64,000 bases of DNA from Candidatus Kerfeldbacteria bacterium CG15_BIG_FIL_POST_REV_8_21_14_020_45_12 (lineage in GTDB: Bacteria; Patescibacteriota; Patescibacteriia; UBA9570; XYC2-FULL-38-9): the NCBI GenBank assembly GCA_002781785.1, contig PFGC01000037.1:13589-77588 (forward strand), in the 5' to 3' direction. Below, in pieces: positions 20,668 to 29,445 of this stretch (the first letter of the stretch is position 1; each line of letters opens with the position of its first letter). A program made the translations under genes and the position numbers. The notes below the pieces were generated by a model that was given only the letters and a program-made list of their open reading frames with translations, did not search any database and was not told the DNA's origin.

Positions 20668-20706
20668 ACGGCAGATGAAATATTCGGTATTCTTTCTCAC
20701 AGCTAT

Positions 20707-21405
20707 ATGAATAAAGAGTTTCAGTTAGAAAAATTCTCCGGACCCCTTGATTTGTTATTGCAACTGATTGAGCAAAAAGAACTGCAAATTACAGACATTG
20801 CCTTGGCTGATGTCACCGAGCAGTTTATTCAATATCTGGAAGAGGTCGAGGAGCGCTATCCGCATGAGTTGGCAGATTTTTTAACTATAGCCACGCGATT
20901 GTTGTTGTTAAAATCTCAGGCCCTCATGCCTTATCTTCAGGTTGATGAAGAGGAAGACTTGGGAGACTTAGAGGTTCAACTGAAGATGTACCGAAAGTAC
21001 GTGGATGCCATGAGGGGGATCGAGGACTTATTGGCTGCTGGTAAAGTACTTCATCCGCGCAAGGCTTTTAAGAGTCAGGAGGTTGTGTTTAGACCACCAG
21101 AGGGCGTTGGGCCAGATCAATTGAGAGAATACTTTGTTGATGTGCTGCAAAGTCTGGAGCCAATTGTTCGGATACCAAGATCCGCGGTAGAAAAGGTTGT
21201 TAGCTTGCGAGAGAAATTTACCCAAATTCATGATCTTTTGAAAAATAATGCTACCTTAGTTTTTGCCGAGCTGATGTCTGAAAATGCGGATCGGGCCGAA
21301 GTAGTTGTAACATTCTTGGCCCTGCTTGAATTGGTAAAACAGCAATCTATTTACGTTAGACAAGAAACGCCCTTGGCAGAAATTGTCATAGAGCGAGTTT
21401 CGTAA
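20707..21405 (+). CDS. scpA: Segregation and condensation protein A
   Basis: FSGPLDLLLQLIEQKELQITDIALADVTEQF is the ScpA N-terminus. Confidence 0.85.
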   Translation: MNKEFQLEKFSGPLDLLLQLIEQKELQITDIALADVTEQFIQYLEEVEERYPHELADFLTIATRLLLLKSQALMPYLQVDEEEDLGDLEVQLKMYRKYVDAMRGIEDLLAAGKVLHPRKAFKSQEVVFRPPEGVGPDQLREYFVDVLQSLEPIVRIPRSAVEKVVSLREKFTQIHDLLKNNATLVFAELMSENADRAEVVVTFLALLELVKQQSIYVRQETPLAEIVIERVS

Positions 21406-21487
21406 TTAATACAATTATAAATAGCTAAAGTTCGTATTTTTCATGAATGTTGATATACTTGATATTGTTAATTAGTTACTAAAGTAT

Positions 21488-22405
21488 ATGCCTACACAAA
21501 ATTTAGTGACCCGTTCAACGGTAGTTGGAGTAGTTAGTCTCTTAGGGGTTTTAGGATTTTTTTCTGTGGCTCAGGCTGAACCGGGAATTGATTCAAATCC
21601 AATCAGTTCATTAGTTGTTGAGCAGTCATCTGTAGTCACTACTGAGTCAGCAGATTATGACATTACAATAACCATTGATGAACCGATTGTCCCAGCTGAT
21701 TTTGAGGGGAATGAGGCAACTTCGACACCAGAATTAGTTTTTTTTGACGGGCTAGATGGTAGTGATGAGGCAAGGGGTAATTTGGATTTTTCAAATGCCA
21801 CCATTACTTTTGATGAGGATCATGGTGATTTGGTTTACGATACCAACATGGGAGTCGATGGCTTCACGGTGATATACAATACAGACACAACGTTGCCTGC
21901 TGCCGACTATTCTTTCCATCTTAGCGGTGTGACTAGTAGGTCAATTAATGCGGGCTTTGCTGGTCACTTTATCGGGGTGGCTATCTACGGTTTCTCAACG
22001 GCTACTGACTATTGCGGTGGACAGTATGATAGAGCTGATGGTGAATTCATGTGCACATTATCGGACGCGTTCGTGTTGCACAATGAAGATTGGGCACAGG
22101 ATTTTGGAACCTTATCAGTGGTTAAGGTAAAAAAGAGAAGCGCTACCGTTAAGTGGGAAGATGCTAATTATTGGTTGGGGGCAGATTCAATTAAAATTCA
22201 ATTAAAAACCAAGAAAGGTAAGAGGTTAAAAACCTACACTATTCCTCGATCTGATCTGTATGAAGGTGTTTCAACAAAGATTATTTCCAAGAAATTCTTG
22301 AGAAAAGGACGTCGATATAAGGTTAGGGCGCGAACTTTTTACGATACCGGTGATATGGGAGATTGGAGTGCGTATCGGTCATTTAAAACTAAAGGAAAGA
22401 AGTAA
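21488..22405 (+). CDS. Secreted protein with a C-terminal fibronectin-III-like domain
   Basis: Signal/TM peptide, acidic D/E-rich middle, and a C-terminal ~90-aa beta module (VKVKKRSATVKWED...YKVRARTFYDTGDMGDWS). It is inserted between scpA and scpB. Confidence 0.5.
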   Translation: MPTQNLVTRSTVVGVVSLLGVLGFFSVAQAEPGIDSNPISSLVVEQSSVVTTESADYDITITIDEPIVPADFEGNEATSTPELVFFDGLDGSDEARGNLDFSNATITFDEDHGDLVYDTNMGVDGFTVIYNTDTTLPAADYSFHLSGVTSRSINAGFAGHFIGVAIYGFSTATDYCGGQYDRADGEFMCTLSDAFVLHNEDWAQDFGTLSVVKVKKRSATVKWEDANYWLGADSIKIQLKTKKGKRLKTYTIPRSDLYEGVSTKIISKKFLRKGRRYKVRARTFYDTGDMGDWSAYRSFKTKGKK

Positions 22406-22475
22406 TGTTATAAATCAGCCCCTGAGGGGTCTGATTTTTTATTCTCTGACATATGACGCCTTATTGAGCTAGCCT

Positions 22476-22504
22476 TTGACCGGCTGAGTTTTGCACGGTA
22501 CAAT
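22476..22504 (+). promoter_or_regulatory. Sigma70-like promoter TTGACC-17-TACAAT upstream of scpB
   Basis: Near-consensus hexamers with a 17-nt spacer. Confidence 0.5.
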
Positions 22505-22512
22505 GTTCCCGT

Positions 22513-23112
22513 ATGAATGAATTACAAGGAAAAATTGATTCGATTCTATTCTTGGAATCTCGCCCATTTACGTTGAAGAAATTGGCTTCAGTTACCGGGT
22601 CCACCGTAGCTGAGGTTGAGGAGGCGGTTCAGGCTTTGCAGACAGAGTATGAACAGCGCAGTGGGGGAGTGACGGTTGTGCGAGAGGGCAATGATGTGCA
22701 ATTGATGACAGCGGCTACTCATGCTGATTTTGTGGCAGAATATCTAGCGGAACAGGAGGCAGCTGAACTGACTAGACCATCTTTAGAGACACTCACCATC
22801 GTGGCTTATAGAGGCCCAGTCGCTAAGTCTGAAATCGAGTTGATACGTGGTGTAAATTGCAGCTTGATTTTACGTAATTTAATGATCAGAGGACTCGTTG
22901 AAGAGCTTGGCGAGACCGAGGCTGGATCGCCGATTTATCGGGTAACAGTGGATTTTTTAGCCTTGCTTGGTGTAAATAAAACAGCAGATTTACCCGATTA
23001 CACAGAGCTTAATACCAACGTTCACTTAGAGGAAATGTTAGCTGCGTCACCTGATAAAGATGATTTTTTCGCGGCTCGTGAGATTCCTGCAGCTCAGCAA
23101 CCTGACGCCTAA
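22513..23112 (+). CDS. scpB: Segregation and condensation protein B
   Basis: Tandem winged-helix ScpB pattern (IDSILFLESRPFTLKKLA...). Confidence 0.85.
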   Translation: MNELQGKIDSILFLESRPFTLKKLASVTGSTVAEVEEAVQALQTEYEQRSGGVTVVREGNDVQLMTAATHADFVAEYLAEQEAAELTRPSLETLTIVAYRGPVAKSEIELIRGVNCSLILRNLMIRGLVEELGETEAGSPIYRVTVDFLALLGVNKTADLPDYTELNTNVHLEEMLAASPDKDDFFAAREIPAAQQPDA

Positions 23113-23115
23113 GCC

Positions 23116-23793
23116 ATGCGTGTAAATAGATGGCTGGCTCGAGCAGGGGTGACGTCACGTCGTGGAGCAGATGCGATGGTTACAGCTAAGCGAGTGACGG
23201 TCAACGGTCAAACGATCTCTGATTTTTCATTTCAGGTCTTGGATGGTGACGTGGTGACTCTGGATGGTGTTCCAGTTGAAGCCATCTCTGATACTGTGAT
23301 TATTGCATTGAATAAGCCAAGAGGTGTGACCACAACCTTATCTGATCCTTTTGCTAAACGGACGATAACGCAATATATACCAGCAGGGGCCAAGGGCTTG
23401 GTGCCAGTCGGTCGGCTCGACAAGGATTCAGAAGGCCTGCTGCTTATGACTAACGATGGCGAGTTGGTAAATAAACTGACTCATCCATCTTTTGAGCACG
23501 AAAAGGAATATATTGTTACTACTAATCGTAGTTTGTCTAATACAGAGCTTGAGAAATTAGCCAAAGGTGTGCGTCTGGCGGAAGGATTTACAGGTGGATC
23601 AGACGTGACTAGATTGTCGCGTAATTCTTTTTCTATCATTCTGACTCAAGGATGGAAGCGACAAATCCGTCGCATGGTAGAAACCGTTGGCGCTGAGGTT
23701 ACTAAACTGCAGAGGGTCCGAATAGGGAAGTTGTCGATTGATAATCTTGCGCCTGGGCGGACCAAGGTTGTTCAGGAGAATGATATTATATAG
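23116..23793 (+). CDS. rluB: rRNA pseudouridine synthase (RsuA/RluB family)
   Basis: S4 domain (RVNRWLARAGVTSRR) plus catalytic GRLDKDSEGLLL. Confidence 0.85.
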   Translation: MRVNRWLARAGVTSRRGADAMVTAKRVTVNGQTISDFSFQVLDGDVVTLDGVPVEAISDTVIIALNKPRGVTTTLSDPFAKRTITQYIPAGAKGLVPVGRLDKDSEGLLLMTNDGELVNKLTHPSFEHEKEYIVTTNRSLSNTELEKLAKGVRLAEGFTGGSDVTRLSRNSFSIILTQGWKRQIRRMVETVGAEVTKLQRVRIGKLSIDNLAPGRTKVVQENDII

Positions 23794-23795
23794 AT

Positions 23796-24782
23796 ATGTT
23801 GAAGTATTTTTTTACAACTGTATTCGTAATTTCTCAGCTGATGGGATTATCCATCCCTGAAGCTTTGCAAGAGACTGACTACGTTTATATTGTACCAACT
23901 GTTGCTAGTGGAATCGTTGAGCATGAGGGAGGGGACTTGCCAATTGATCGATTTCAGTGGCAGTTAGATGATAAAAAAGAAACTGAGGTTGCACCACCTG
24001 TTCCAAGAGGTGACCTGTATGGGCCGCCATTGGAGGTTACTACCGCCATAGTGGTTGATGTTGAAACTGGACAGGTGCTGTGGCAGAAAAATCCAGATAG
24101 AGTAGTACCTATTGCATCTATTACTAAGCTGATGACGGCGTTAGTCTGGTTTGATTATCAGCCGGCTGATGGCTTTAACCATGTGCATACCTTTGCTCCA
24201 GAAGAAGACACTCCGGCGGGTAAGGAATTAAATCTGCCTCACGGAGCTCAGCTAACAGCCTTTGATTTATTGCGCAGTAGTTTAATAGGATCAGATAATG
24301 ATACTGCTCTGGCTTTAGCGCACACTACTGAGATGAGCGACGATGATTTTATCTTGGCCATGAATCGCAAGGCATCCGCACTATCAATGGATCAGTCTAC
24401 TTTTGCGGATCAAACTGGCTTGAGTGATAAGAACACAGCCTCTGCTCACGACGTGGCCAGGCTGGCTATTGCAGCCTTTAATAATCCTGAAATTGAAGAA
24501 CCAGCAGGAATGACTGAACATCTACAAGAGACTGCAGATGAGGGTGTTTTTTCTAGAGTCCTCACGACAGATGAATTATTATATGATTCTGAGTTTAATG
24601 TGGTCGCTGGAAAAACAGGTTACACCGATGAGGCTGGTTACTGCTTGGTGGTAAAGGTAAAAGTTCCAAACAGTGAACGAGAAGTAGTGAGTGTCGTACT
24701 GGGAACACCTTCAAATGATGGTCGCTTTAATTCAACAAAAACTTTAATAGATTGGACCTTTACTCATTATGACTGGAATTAA
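23796..24782 (+). CDS. D-alanyl-D-alanine carboxypeptidase (PBP5/6-like serine peptidase S11)
   Basis: SITK (SxxK), SDN and KTG motifs plus an N-terminal signal. Confidence 0.8.
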   Translation: MLKYFFTTVFVISQLMGLSIPEALQETDYVYIVPTVASGIVEHEGGDLPIDRFQWQLDDKKETEVAPPVPRGDLYGPPLEVTTAIVVDVETGQVLWQKNPDRVVPIASITKLMTALVWFDYQPADGFNHVHTFAPEEDTPAGKELNLPHGAQLTAFDLLRSSLIGSDNDTALALAHTTEMSDDDFILAMNRKASALSMDQSTFADQTGLSDKNTASAHDVARLAIAAFNNPEIEEPAGMTEHLQETADEGVFSRVLTTDELLYDSEFNVVAGKTGYTDEAGYCLVVKVKVPNSEREVVSVVLGTPSNDGRFNSTKTLIDWTFTHYDWN

Positions 24783-25260
24783 TTTTGTACAGTGGTTTGT
24801 TAATTTTCCACCAGAGCTAGCTACTGGGATTATTGCTATGCTGCCAATTGCAGAGTTGCGTGGTGCTATACCGGCTGGCTTGGTGATGGGTCTGAGTTGG
24901 CAACAAGCAGCCTTTTACGCTGTAATCGGAAATCTAATTCCAGTGGTAATTATTGTATATGTGATTGAACCGGTGTCTAATTTTTTACGCCAACGGGTAC
25001 CAATTTTTGATCGTTTTTTCACCTGGTTATTTGCGCGTACGCGCGAGAAATTTTATGAAAAGCACGCCAAGTGGGGTGACTTTGCGTTAGTAGTTTTTGT
25101 AGCTATTCCGTTGCCGGTAACAGGGGCTTGGACAGGAGCCTTGGCCTCTTGGCTCTTCGGAATTGCCCCAAAACGGGCTTTGCCGCTCATTTCAATCGGT
25201 GTTATACTAGCGGCCATAATCGTGACTGCACTGTCAGTTGGTGTGGTCTCACTGTTTTAA
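24769..25260 (+). CDS. Putative small multidrug export protein family (PF06695-like) membrane protein
   Basis: LPIAELRGAIP and IPLPVTGAWTGALASW motifs; 4 TM segments. Confidence 0.7.
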   Translation: MTGINFVQWFVNFPPELATGIIAMLPIAELRGAIPAGLVMGLSWQQAAFYAVIGNLIPVVIIVYVIEPVSNFLRQRVPIFDRFFTWLFARTREKFYEKHAKWGDFALVVFVAIPLPVTGAWTGALASWLFGIAPKRALPLISIGVILAAIIVTALSVGVVSLF

Positions 25261-25277
25261 ACCTAACTCTCAATTCC

Positions 25278-26300
25278 ATGGCAAAAACACGCATTGCAAT
25301 CAACGGATTCGGTCGAATTGGAAAAATGGCTTTCAAAATAGCGCTTGAAGAGCATGGAGATAATGTCGAGATTGTTGGAATTAATGACCTTGGTCCGGCT
25401 GAGCAGGCCGTCCAAGGCTTGAAGTACGATTCGGTTTACCCTTCATTTGATCATGATATTGACTTTGGAGATGACTTTATCAGTGTGGATGGAGTTAAGG
25501 TGCCAAAGTATGCTGAAATGGAGCCAGAGAAGTTACCTTGGAAGGATTTAAAGGTTGATGTTGTCCTTGAGTGCACTGGTGTCTTTACAAGTAAAGAAGG
25601 AGCTAGCAAGCATCTGACTGCTGGAGCTAAGACAGTAATTATTTCTGCTCCTGCTAAGGGTGATGATCCCGTGGGAACTTTTGTGATGGGTGTTAATCAT
25701 GATGAGCATGACGCCGCTAAGGATCCGGTATTGTCTAATGCTTCTTGCACTACAAATTGTATTGCGCCTGTGATGCAGGTATTGCACGATGAGTTTGGTG
25801 TTGAGAAGGCGATGATGTCAACCATTCATGGTTATACGGCTGATCAGCGATTAGTGGATGGTGTTCATAAAGATCCTCGTAGAGCTCGGGCCGCTGCGAT
25901 AAATACAATTCCTACTTCAACTGGTGCGGCTGTGGCTACTGCAGAAACCATTCCAGAACTAGTTGGTATTTTTGATGGCATGGCCTTTCGTGTGCCGGTG
26001 CCAGTTGGTTCGGTTAGCGATATTACTGCAGTTTTAAAAAAGGATGTGACGGTGGAGGAGGTTAACGCTGCTTTATCTAAGGCGGCAGATTCTGAGAGAT
26101 ACGCTGGAGTGCTTGGGGTAACGACTGATCCAATTGTATCTTCTGACATTATTGGAAATAAATTATCTTCCTTGGTTGATTTGCCACTGACGATGGTAGT
26201 GGGCGGCAATATGGTAAAAGTAGTGGCTTGGTATGACAATGAATATGGATATTCAAATAGACTTGTTGAACAAGCCGTTGAGGTTGGTAAAGATCTTTAA
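25278..26300 (+). CDS. gap: Glyceraldehyde-3-phosphate dehydrogenase
   Basis: NGFGRIGK Rossmann fold, catalytic SNASCTTNC. The start is taken at the internal ATG (MAKTRIA). A terminator follows at 26319-26347. Confidence 0.95.
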   Translation: MAKTRIAINGFGRIGKMAFKIALEEHGDNVEIVGINDLGPAEQAVQGLKYDSVYPSFDHDIDFGDDFISVDGVKVPKYAEMEPEKLPWKDLKVDVVLECTGVFTSKEGASKHLTAGAKTVIISAPAKGDDPVGTFVMGVNHDEHDAAKDPVLSNASCTTNCIAPVMQVLHDEFGVEKAMMSTIHGYTADQRLVDGVHKDPRRARAAAINTIPTSTGAAVATAETIPELVGIFDGMAFRVPVPVGSVSDITAVLKKDVTVEEVNAALSKAADSERYAGVLGVTTDPIVSSDIIGNKLSSLVDLPLTMVVGGNMVKVVAWYDNEYGYSNRLVEQAVEVGKDL

Positions 26301-26562
26301 GATAGTTTGTTGATTTTTAAAAAGGTCCCCGGCGAGGGGCCTTTTTGGTAAAAAATTGGAGCCGGTTGAGAAGCTCCTGTGCTAGTAGACGAACACACCG
26401 GTAAAGGTGAGCTGGCCTCCCATGCTGGCGCTGAGGCCCCATCAGGACAAGTCGCTTTGGGAAGTCTTATATCGTGCAAGTGCCCCCTTAAAGGCTGGGC
26501 CAGTGAATCTGTTTTGATTATCAATGCCAAGATTAAAATTGATATAGAAATACCATATTCTT

Positions 26563-26591
26563 GACATATTACACTGTCAGGCTAGAATAGA
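26563..26591 (+). promoter_or_regulatory. Sigma70-like promoter TTGACA-16-TAGAAT for tRNA-Glu
   Basis: Consensus -35 box ~40 nt upstream of the tRNA 5' end. Confidence 0.55.
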
Positions 26592-26605
26592 TTGCACGAA
26601 AATTT

Positions 26606-26680
26606 GCCCGCATCGTCTAACGGCTAGGACGCCAGGTTCTCATCCTGGTAATCGGAGTTCGATTCTCCGTGCGGGTACCA
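26606..26680 (+). tRNA. tRNA-Glu (anticodon CTC), CCA encoded
   Basis: GCCCGCA acceptor, ATCGTCTAACGGCTAGGAC D-arm typical of tRNA-Glu, anticodon loop TTCTCAT, T-loop TTCGATT, then ACCA. Confidence 0.9.
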
Positions 26681-26685
26681 GAGCA

Positions 26686-26717
26686 GCATCACACTAGGTA
26701 AGTGTGATGTTTTTGTT
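26686..26717 (+). terminator. Rho-independent terminator after tRNA-Glu
   Basis: CATCACACT-aggtaa-GTGTGATG then TTTTTGTTT. Confidence 0.8.
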
Positions 26718-26800
26718 TAAAGATTGCTGTTTTTGTGGATTATTTGATCTTTTTTTTAGGTTTATTTATACTTCGGCCACCTCACTCTGTTTGTGGGGTA

Positions 26801-27490
26801 ATGCCGTTGAGGTGTTGTGTGACCTTACTTGATCTTATTCAAAAGTCGTACCCTGGCCTCTCGTTCGAAGATGCTCAGCTTCTGACGATCAGTGATCGAT
26901 GTGAAGCGGTGGCGAGGGGGCGCCGTGTTCCGGTGGTGGCCGATCACCTGGCCTACGTTCGCTCTGGCTTCGTCATGGAGTGCTACGGCGAACCCTGCGG
27001 ATCTGGTCAGTGGTCTCTCTTCCTGGGCACTCAGCTGTTCATGAATCCTGGGGCCTACTTCGGAACGTCTGATCCTGACATCGAGGCGTTGACCAGGACC
27101 AGGGTGCAGTACATCCCGCTCGAGGCGGTGAGGGCTGTGTGTCGACGGTCATCGTACCTGACCACGGTTTTGCAGGGCGGGATCATCGCTCAACGAGACC
27201 GTTTGGCCAGCTCGCTGGCCATGACCGGTCAGTCTGTGGAGGCACGCTTCACTCAGGTTCTGGCTGAAATGGTGATGACGATTGGACTGAGAGATGAGGA
27301 TGGAGTCTTCGTTCCCATCAAGATCAATCGGACTCAGCTGGCTCAGATGGTGGGCTGTAGAACAGAGACGGCCATCAGGGCTTGGAGGAGCTGCGCTGAT
27401 GGTGGTCAAATCATCGAGCGTCTGGAGGGATTCGTGATTCCTCATGACTCTTGCTTCATGGACCTGCTTGAGAAGAGAAGCGTCGCATAG
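26801..27490 (+). CDS. Crp/Fnr-family transcriptional regulator, encoded in a GC-rich island
   Basis: 229 aa; C-terminal helix-turn-helix INRTQLAQMVGCRTETAIRAWRSCADGGQI matches the HTH_Crp pattern, preceded by a cNMP-like beta-roll region. Codon usage is GC3-rich, unlike its neighbours. Confidence 0.65.
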   Translation: MPLRCCVTLLDLIQKSYPGLSFEDAQLLTISDRCEAVARGRRVPVVADHLAYVRSGFVMECYGEPCGSGQWSLFLGTQLFMNPGAYFGTSDPDIEALTRTRVQYIPLEAVRAVCRRSSYLTTVLQGGIIAQRDRLASSLAMTGQSVEARFTQVLAEMVMTIGLRDEDGVFVPIKINRTQLAQMVGCRTETAIRAWRSCADGGQIIERLEGFVIPHDSCFMDLLEKRSVA

Positions 27491-27636
27491 CTCACAGAAC
27501 CCATTCTCTGAAGACACGGTCTCGTGTTGTGTTTTCAGAAAATTGATTCGGTGGGAAATACGTTGCCGTGCTCTGTAAGAGGGGTGCGGCTCTTTTTTTA
27601 GGTACGTACTGAGCTCTTCTGCTATAATGATATTCT

Positions 27637-29139
27637 ATGGTCAGTAAAAGAGCTCACACAAATTATCTACCAACCGTTTTTACTATATTTGGTATTACTG
27701 GTGACCTAGCTAAACGTAAGCTGATTCCAGCTATTTATCACTTGTATTGTCATGGCTTGTTGCCAGAGGAAATTCATTTTGTAGGAGTAGGGCGACGGGA
27801 TTTATCGCTAGGTGATTACGGAGAAATGATTAAGCAAAGCGTAACTTATGCTGAAGGCAAGGTAGACGCAGACAAGCTGGCAAGTTTTGCGGCTCTATTT
27901 TCATATGTTGAAGGTGATATTAAGAGCCCAAAGGCATACGCTGATATTGGACAGGAGATTGCCAAGAGAGATAAAGATTGTGGCCATGGCCATCAGACGG
28001 TATTTTATTTGGCAGTGGCTCCGCAGATGTTTATCAGGATTATTGAGCACTTGAAGGAAGCTAGCTTAACGGGACCTTGTTATGAGCTAGGCATTAAGGG
28101 AAAGATAGTAATTGAAAAACCGTTTGGTCACAGTGTTGAGTCGGCCCGTCAGTTAAGTGAAGCTGTCATGACTTATGCTGACGAAGAGCAGATTTATCGA
28201 ATGGATCATTACCTAGGCAAGGAGACAGTTCAAAATATATTATTGTTTCGATTTACCAATCCAGTTATTAATGATTCTTGGAATCCTGAGGCGATAGATC
28301 ATATTCAAATCACCGCCTCTGAGGATATAGGAGTAGAGGATCGAGCTGGTTATTATGATAGCTCTGGAGCGCTTCGTGACATGATTCAGAGTCATTGTTT
28401 AGCGCTAGCCACTTTAGTGATGATGGATGAGCCAATGAGTTTGAATTCGGCTGATATCCATCGGCGTAAGGTTGAAATGTTGCAAACTTTTTCATTAGAT
28501 TCTAATCCAGCTGAGTCAGCGGTGCGAGCTCAGTACGATGGTTATAGAGCTATAGAAACTGTGGCTGAGCATTCTGTAACGGAAACTTTTGCCGCCATGC
28601 AATTAAAATCTTCTCATCCACGGTGGAAGGATGTACCTATTTTTATTAGGACTGGTAAGCGGATGGCTCAAAAGGAAACCAATATTGCTATTCATTTTGC
28701 ACCATGTAAATCTGATATCTGTAAGGCTGTCGGCATTAGAACAGAACCAAATGTCTTAAATATTCGAGTACAGCCTATGGAAGGAATAGGTTTATTATTG
28801 TATGCTAAGAAACCAGGTTTTTCTATTGAGACTGAGCAGGTCTATATGAATTTTACCTATCAGACTGAATTTACTGATGAACAGCCCTCGCCGTATGAGC
28901 GCTTGATCCATGATGTAATTATTGGTGACCAGTCACTCTTTCCAACCACTGAGGAAGTCATGGAACAATGGCGGATTGTTCAGCCAGTGCTTGACGCATG
29001 GAGTGATCAAGCTTTACCGATGCATAGTTACGCTCCGGGTGAGGATGGTCCGCAAGCAGCTCATGATTTGATAGGTCAGTGGCACGATTCAACTTGGACA
29101 GCAGGTGTGGGAAAACAAATGAATAGTGATGCTCAATGA
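27637..29139 (+). CDS. zwf: Glucose-6-phosphate 1-dehydrogenase
   Basis: GITGDLAKRK NADP site and the MDHYLGKE signature. Confidence 0.9.
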   Translation: MVSKRAHTNYLPTVFTIFGITGDLAKRKLIPAIYHLYCHGLLPEEIHFVGVGRRDLSLGDYGEMIKQSVTYAEGKVDADKLASFAALFSYVEGDIKSPKAYADIGQEIAKRDKDCGHGHQTVFYLAVAPQMFIRIIEHLKEASLTGPCYELGIKGKIVIEKPFGHSVESARQLSEAVMTYADEEQIYRMDHYLGKETVQNILLFRFTNPVINDSWNPEAIDHIQITASEDIGVEDRAGYYDSSGALRDMIQSHCLALATLVMMDEPMSLNSADIHRRKVEMLQTFSLDSNPAESAVRAQYDGYRAIETVAEHSVTETFAAMQLKSSHPRWKDVPIFIRTGKRMAQKETNIAIHFAPCKSDICKAVGIRTEPNVLNIRVQPMEGIGLLLYAKKPGFSIETEQVYMNFTYQTEFTDEQPSPYERLIHDVIIGDQSLFPTTEEVMEQWRIVQPVLDAWSDQALPMHSYAPGEDGPQAAHDLIGQWHDSTWTAGVGKQMNSDAQ

Positions 29140-29205
29140 GACTTGCTTGACAAAGTAAATATTTCAAGTAGTCTCAGTAATATCTAATTCATCCCTCGAC
29201 TGCAT

Positions 29206-29379
29206 ATGGCAGATTATCAGTACAACCGAGAGACGCTCCTGGTTCGCATGAACGCAGGAATCAGTCAGGCTGTTTTTGCTATGGTCCGCTTCATGGTAGG
29301 TGGCCAGAGCGCAGGCGTTCCCGCTGCTGTTATGGCAGAAGATGCGCGTCGGAGTAGGGTGAATCACGTTCAATCGTAG
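29206..29379 (+). CDS. Small GC-rich ORF (57 aa), hypothetical
   Basis: ATG-initiated ORF MADYQYNRETLLVRMNAGISQ... inside a ~240-bp GC-rich patch. A perfect 9-bp inverted repeat and a strong terminator follow. It may instead be a non-coding RNA. Confidence 0.25.
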   Translation: MADYQYNRETLLVRMNAGISQAVFAMVRFMVGGQSAGVPAAVMAEDARRSRVNHVQS

Positions 29380-29390
29380 ATAACGATTGA
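29366..29390. promoter_or_regulatory. Perfect inverted repeat GTTCAATCG-N7-CGATTGAAC (operator-like)
   Basis: 9-bp arms with a 7-bp spacer, overlapping the stop codon of the small ORF. Confidence 0.35.
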
Positions 29391-29405
29391 ACAGAAGTCA
29401 TTAAA

Positions 29406-29433
29406 CCCTCTCCGGCCCCGGTGAGGGTTTTTT
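29406..29433 (+). terminator. Rho-independent terminator
   Basis: CCCTCTCCGG-cc-CCGGTGAGGG then TTTTTT. Confidence 0.8.
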
Positions 29434-29445
29434 AAAATCACAACT

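Noticed and set aside
26379-26564. 61-aa GTG ORF between gap and tRNA-Glu
   Set aside because: No ribosome-binding site, a GTG start 17 nt from a GGAG, and it spans the tRNA-Glu promoter; unlikely to be a protein.
26350-26565. SRP RNA or 6S RNA assignment of the gap/tRNA-Glu spacer
   Set aside because: The conserved SRP domain IV motif (GGAAGGAAGCAGC) is absent and no characteristic 6S bulge is visible; it is left as an unclassified candidate.
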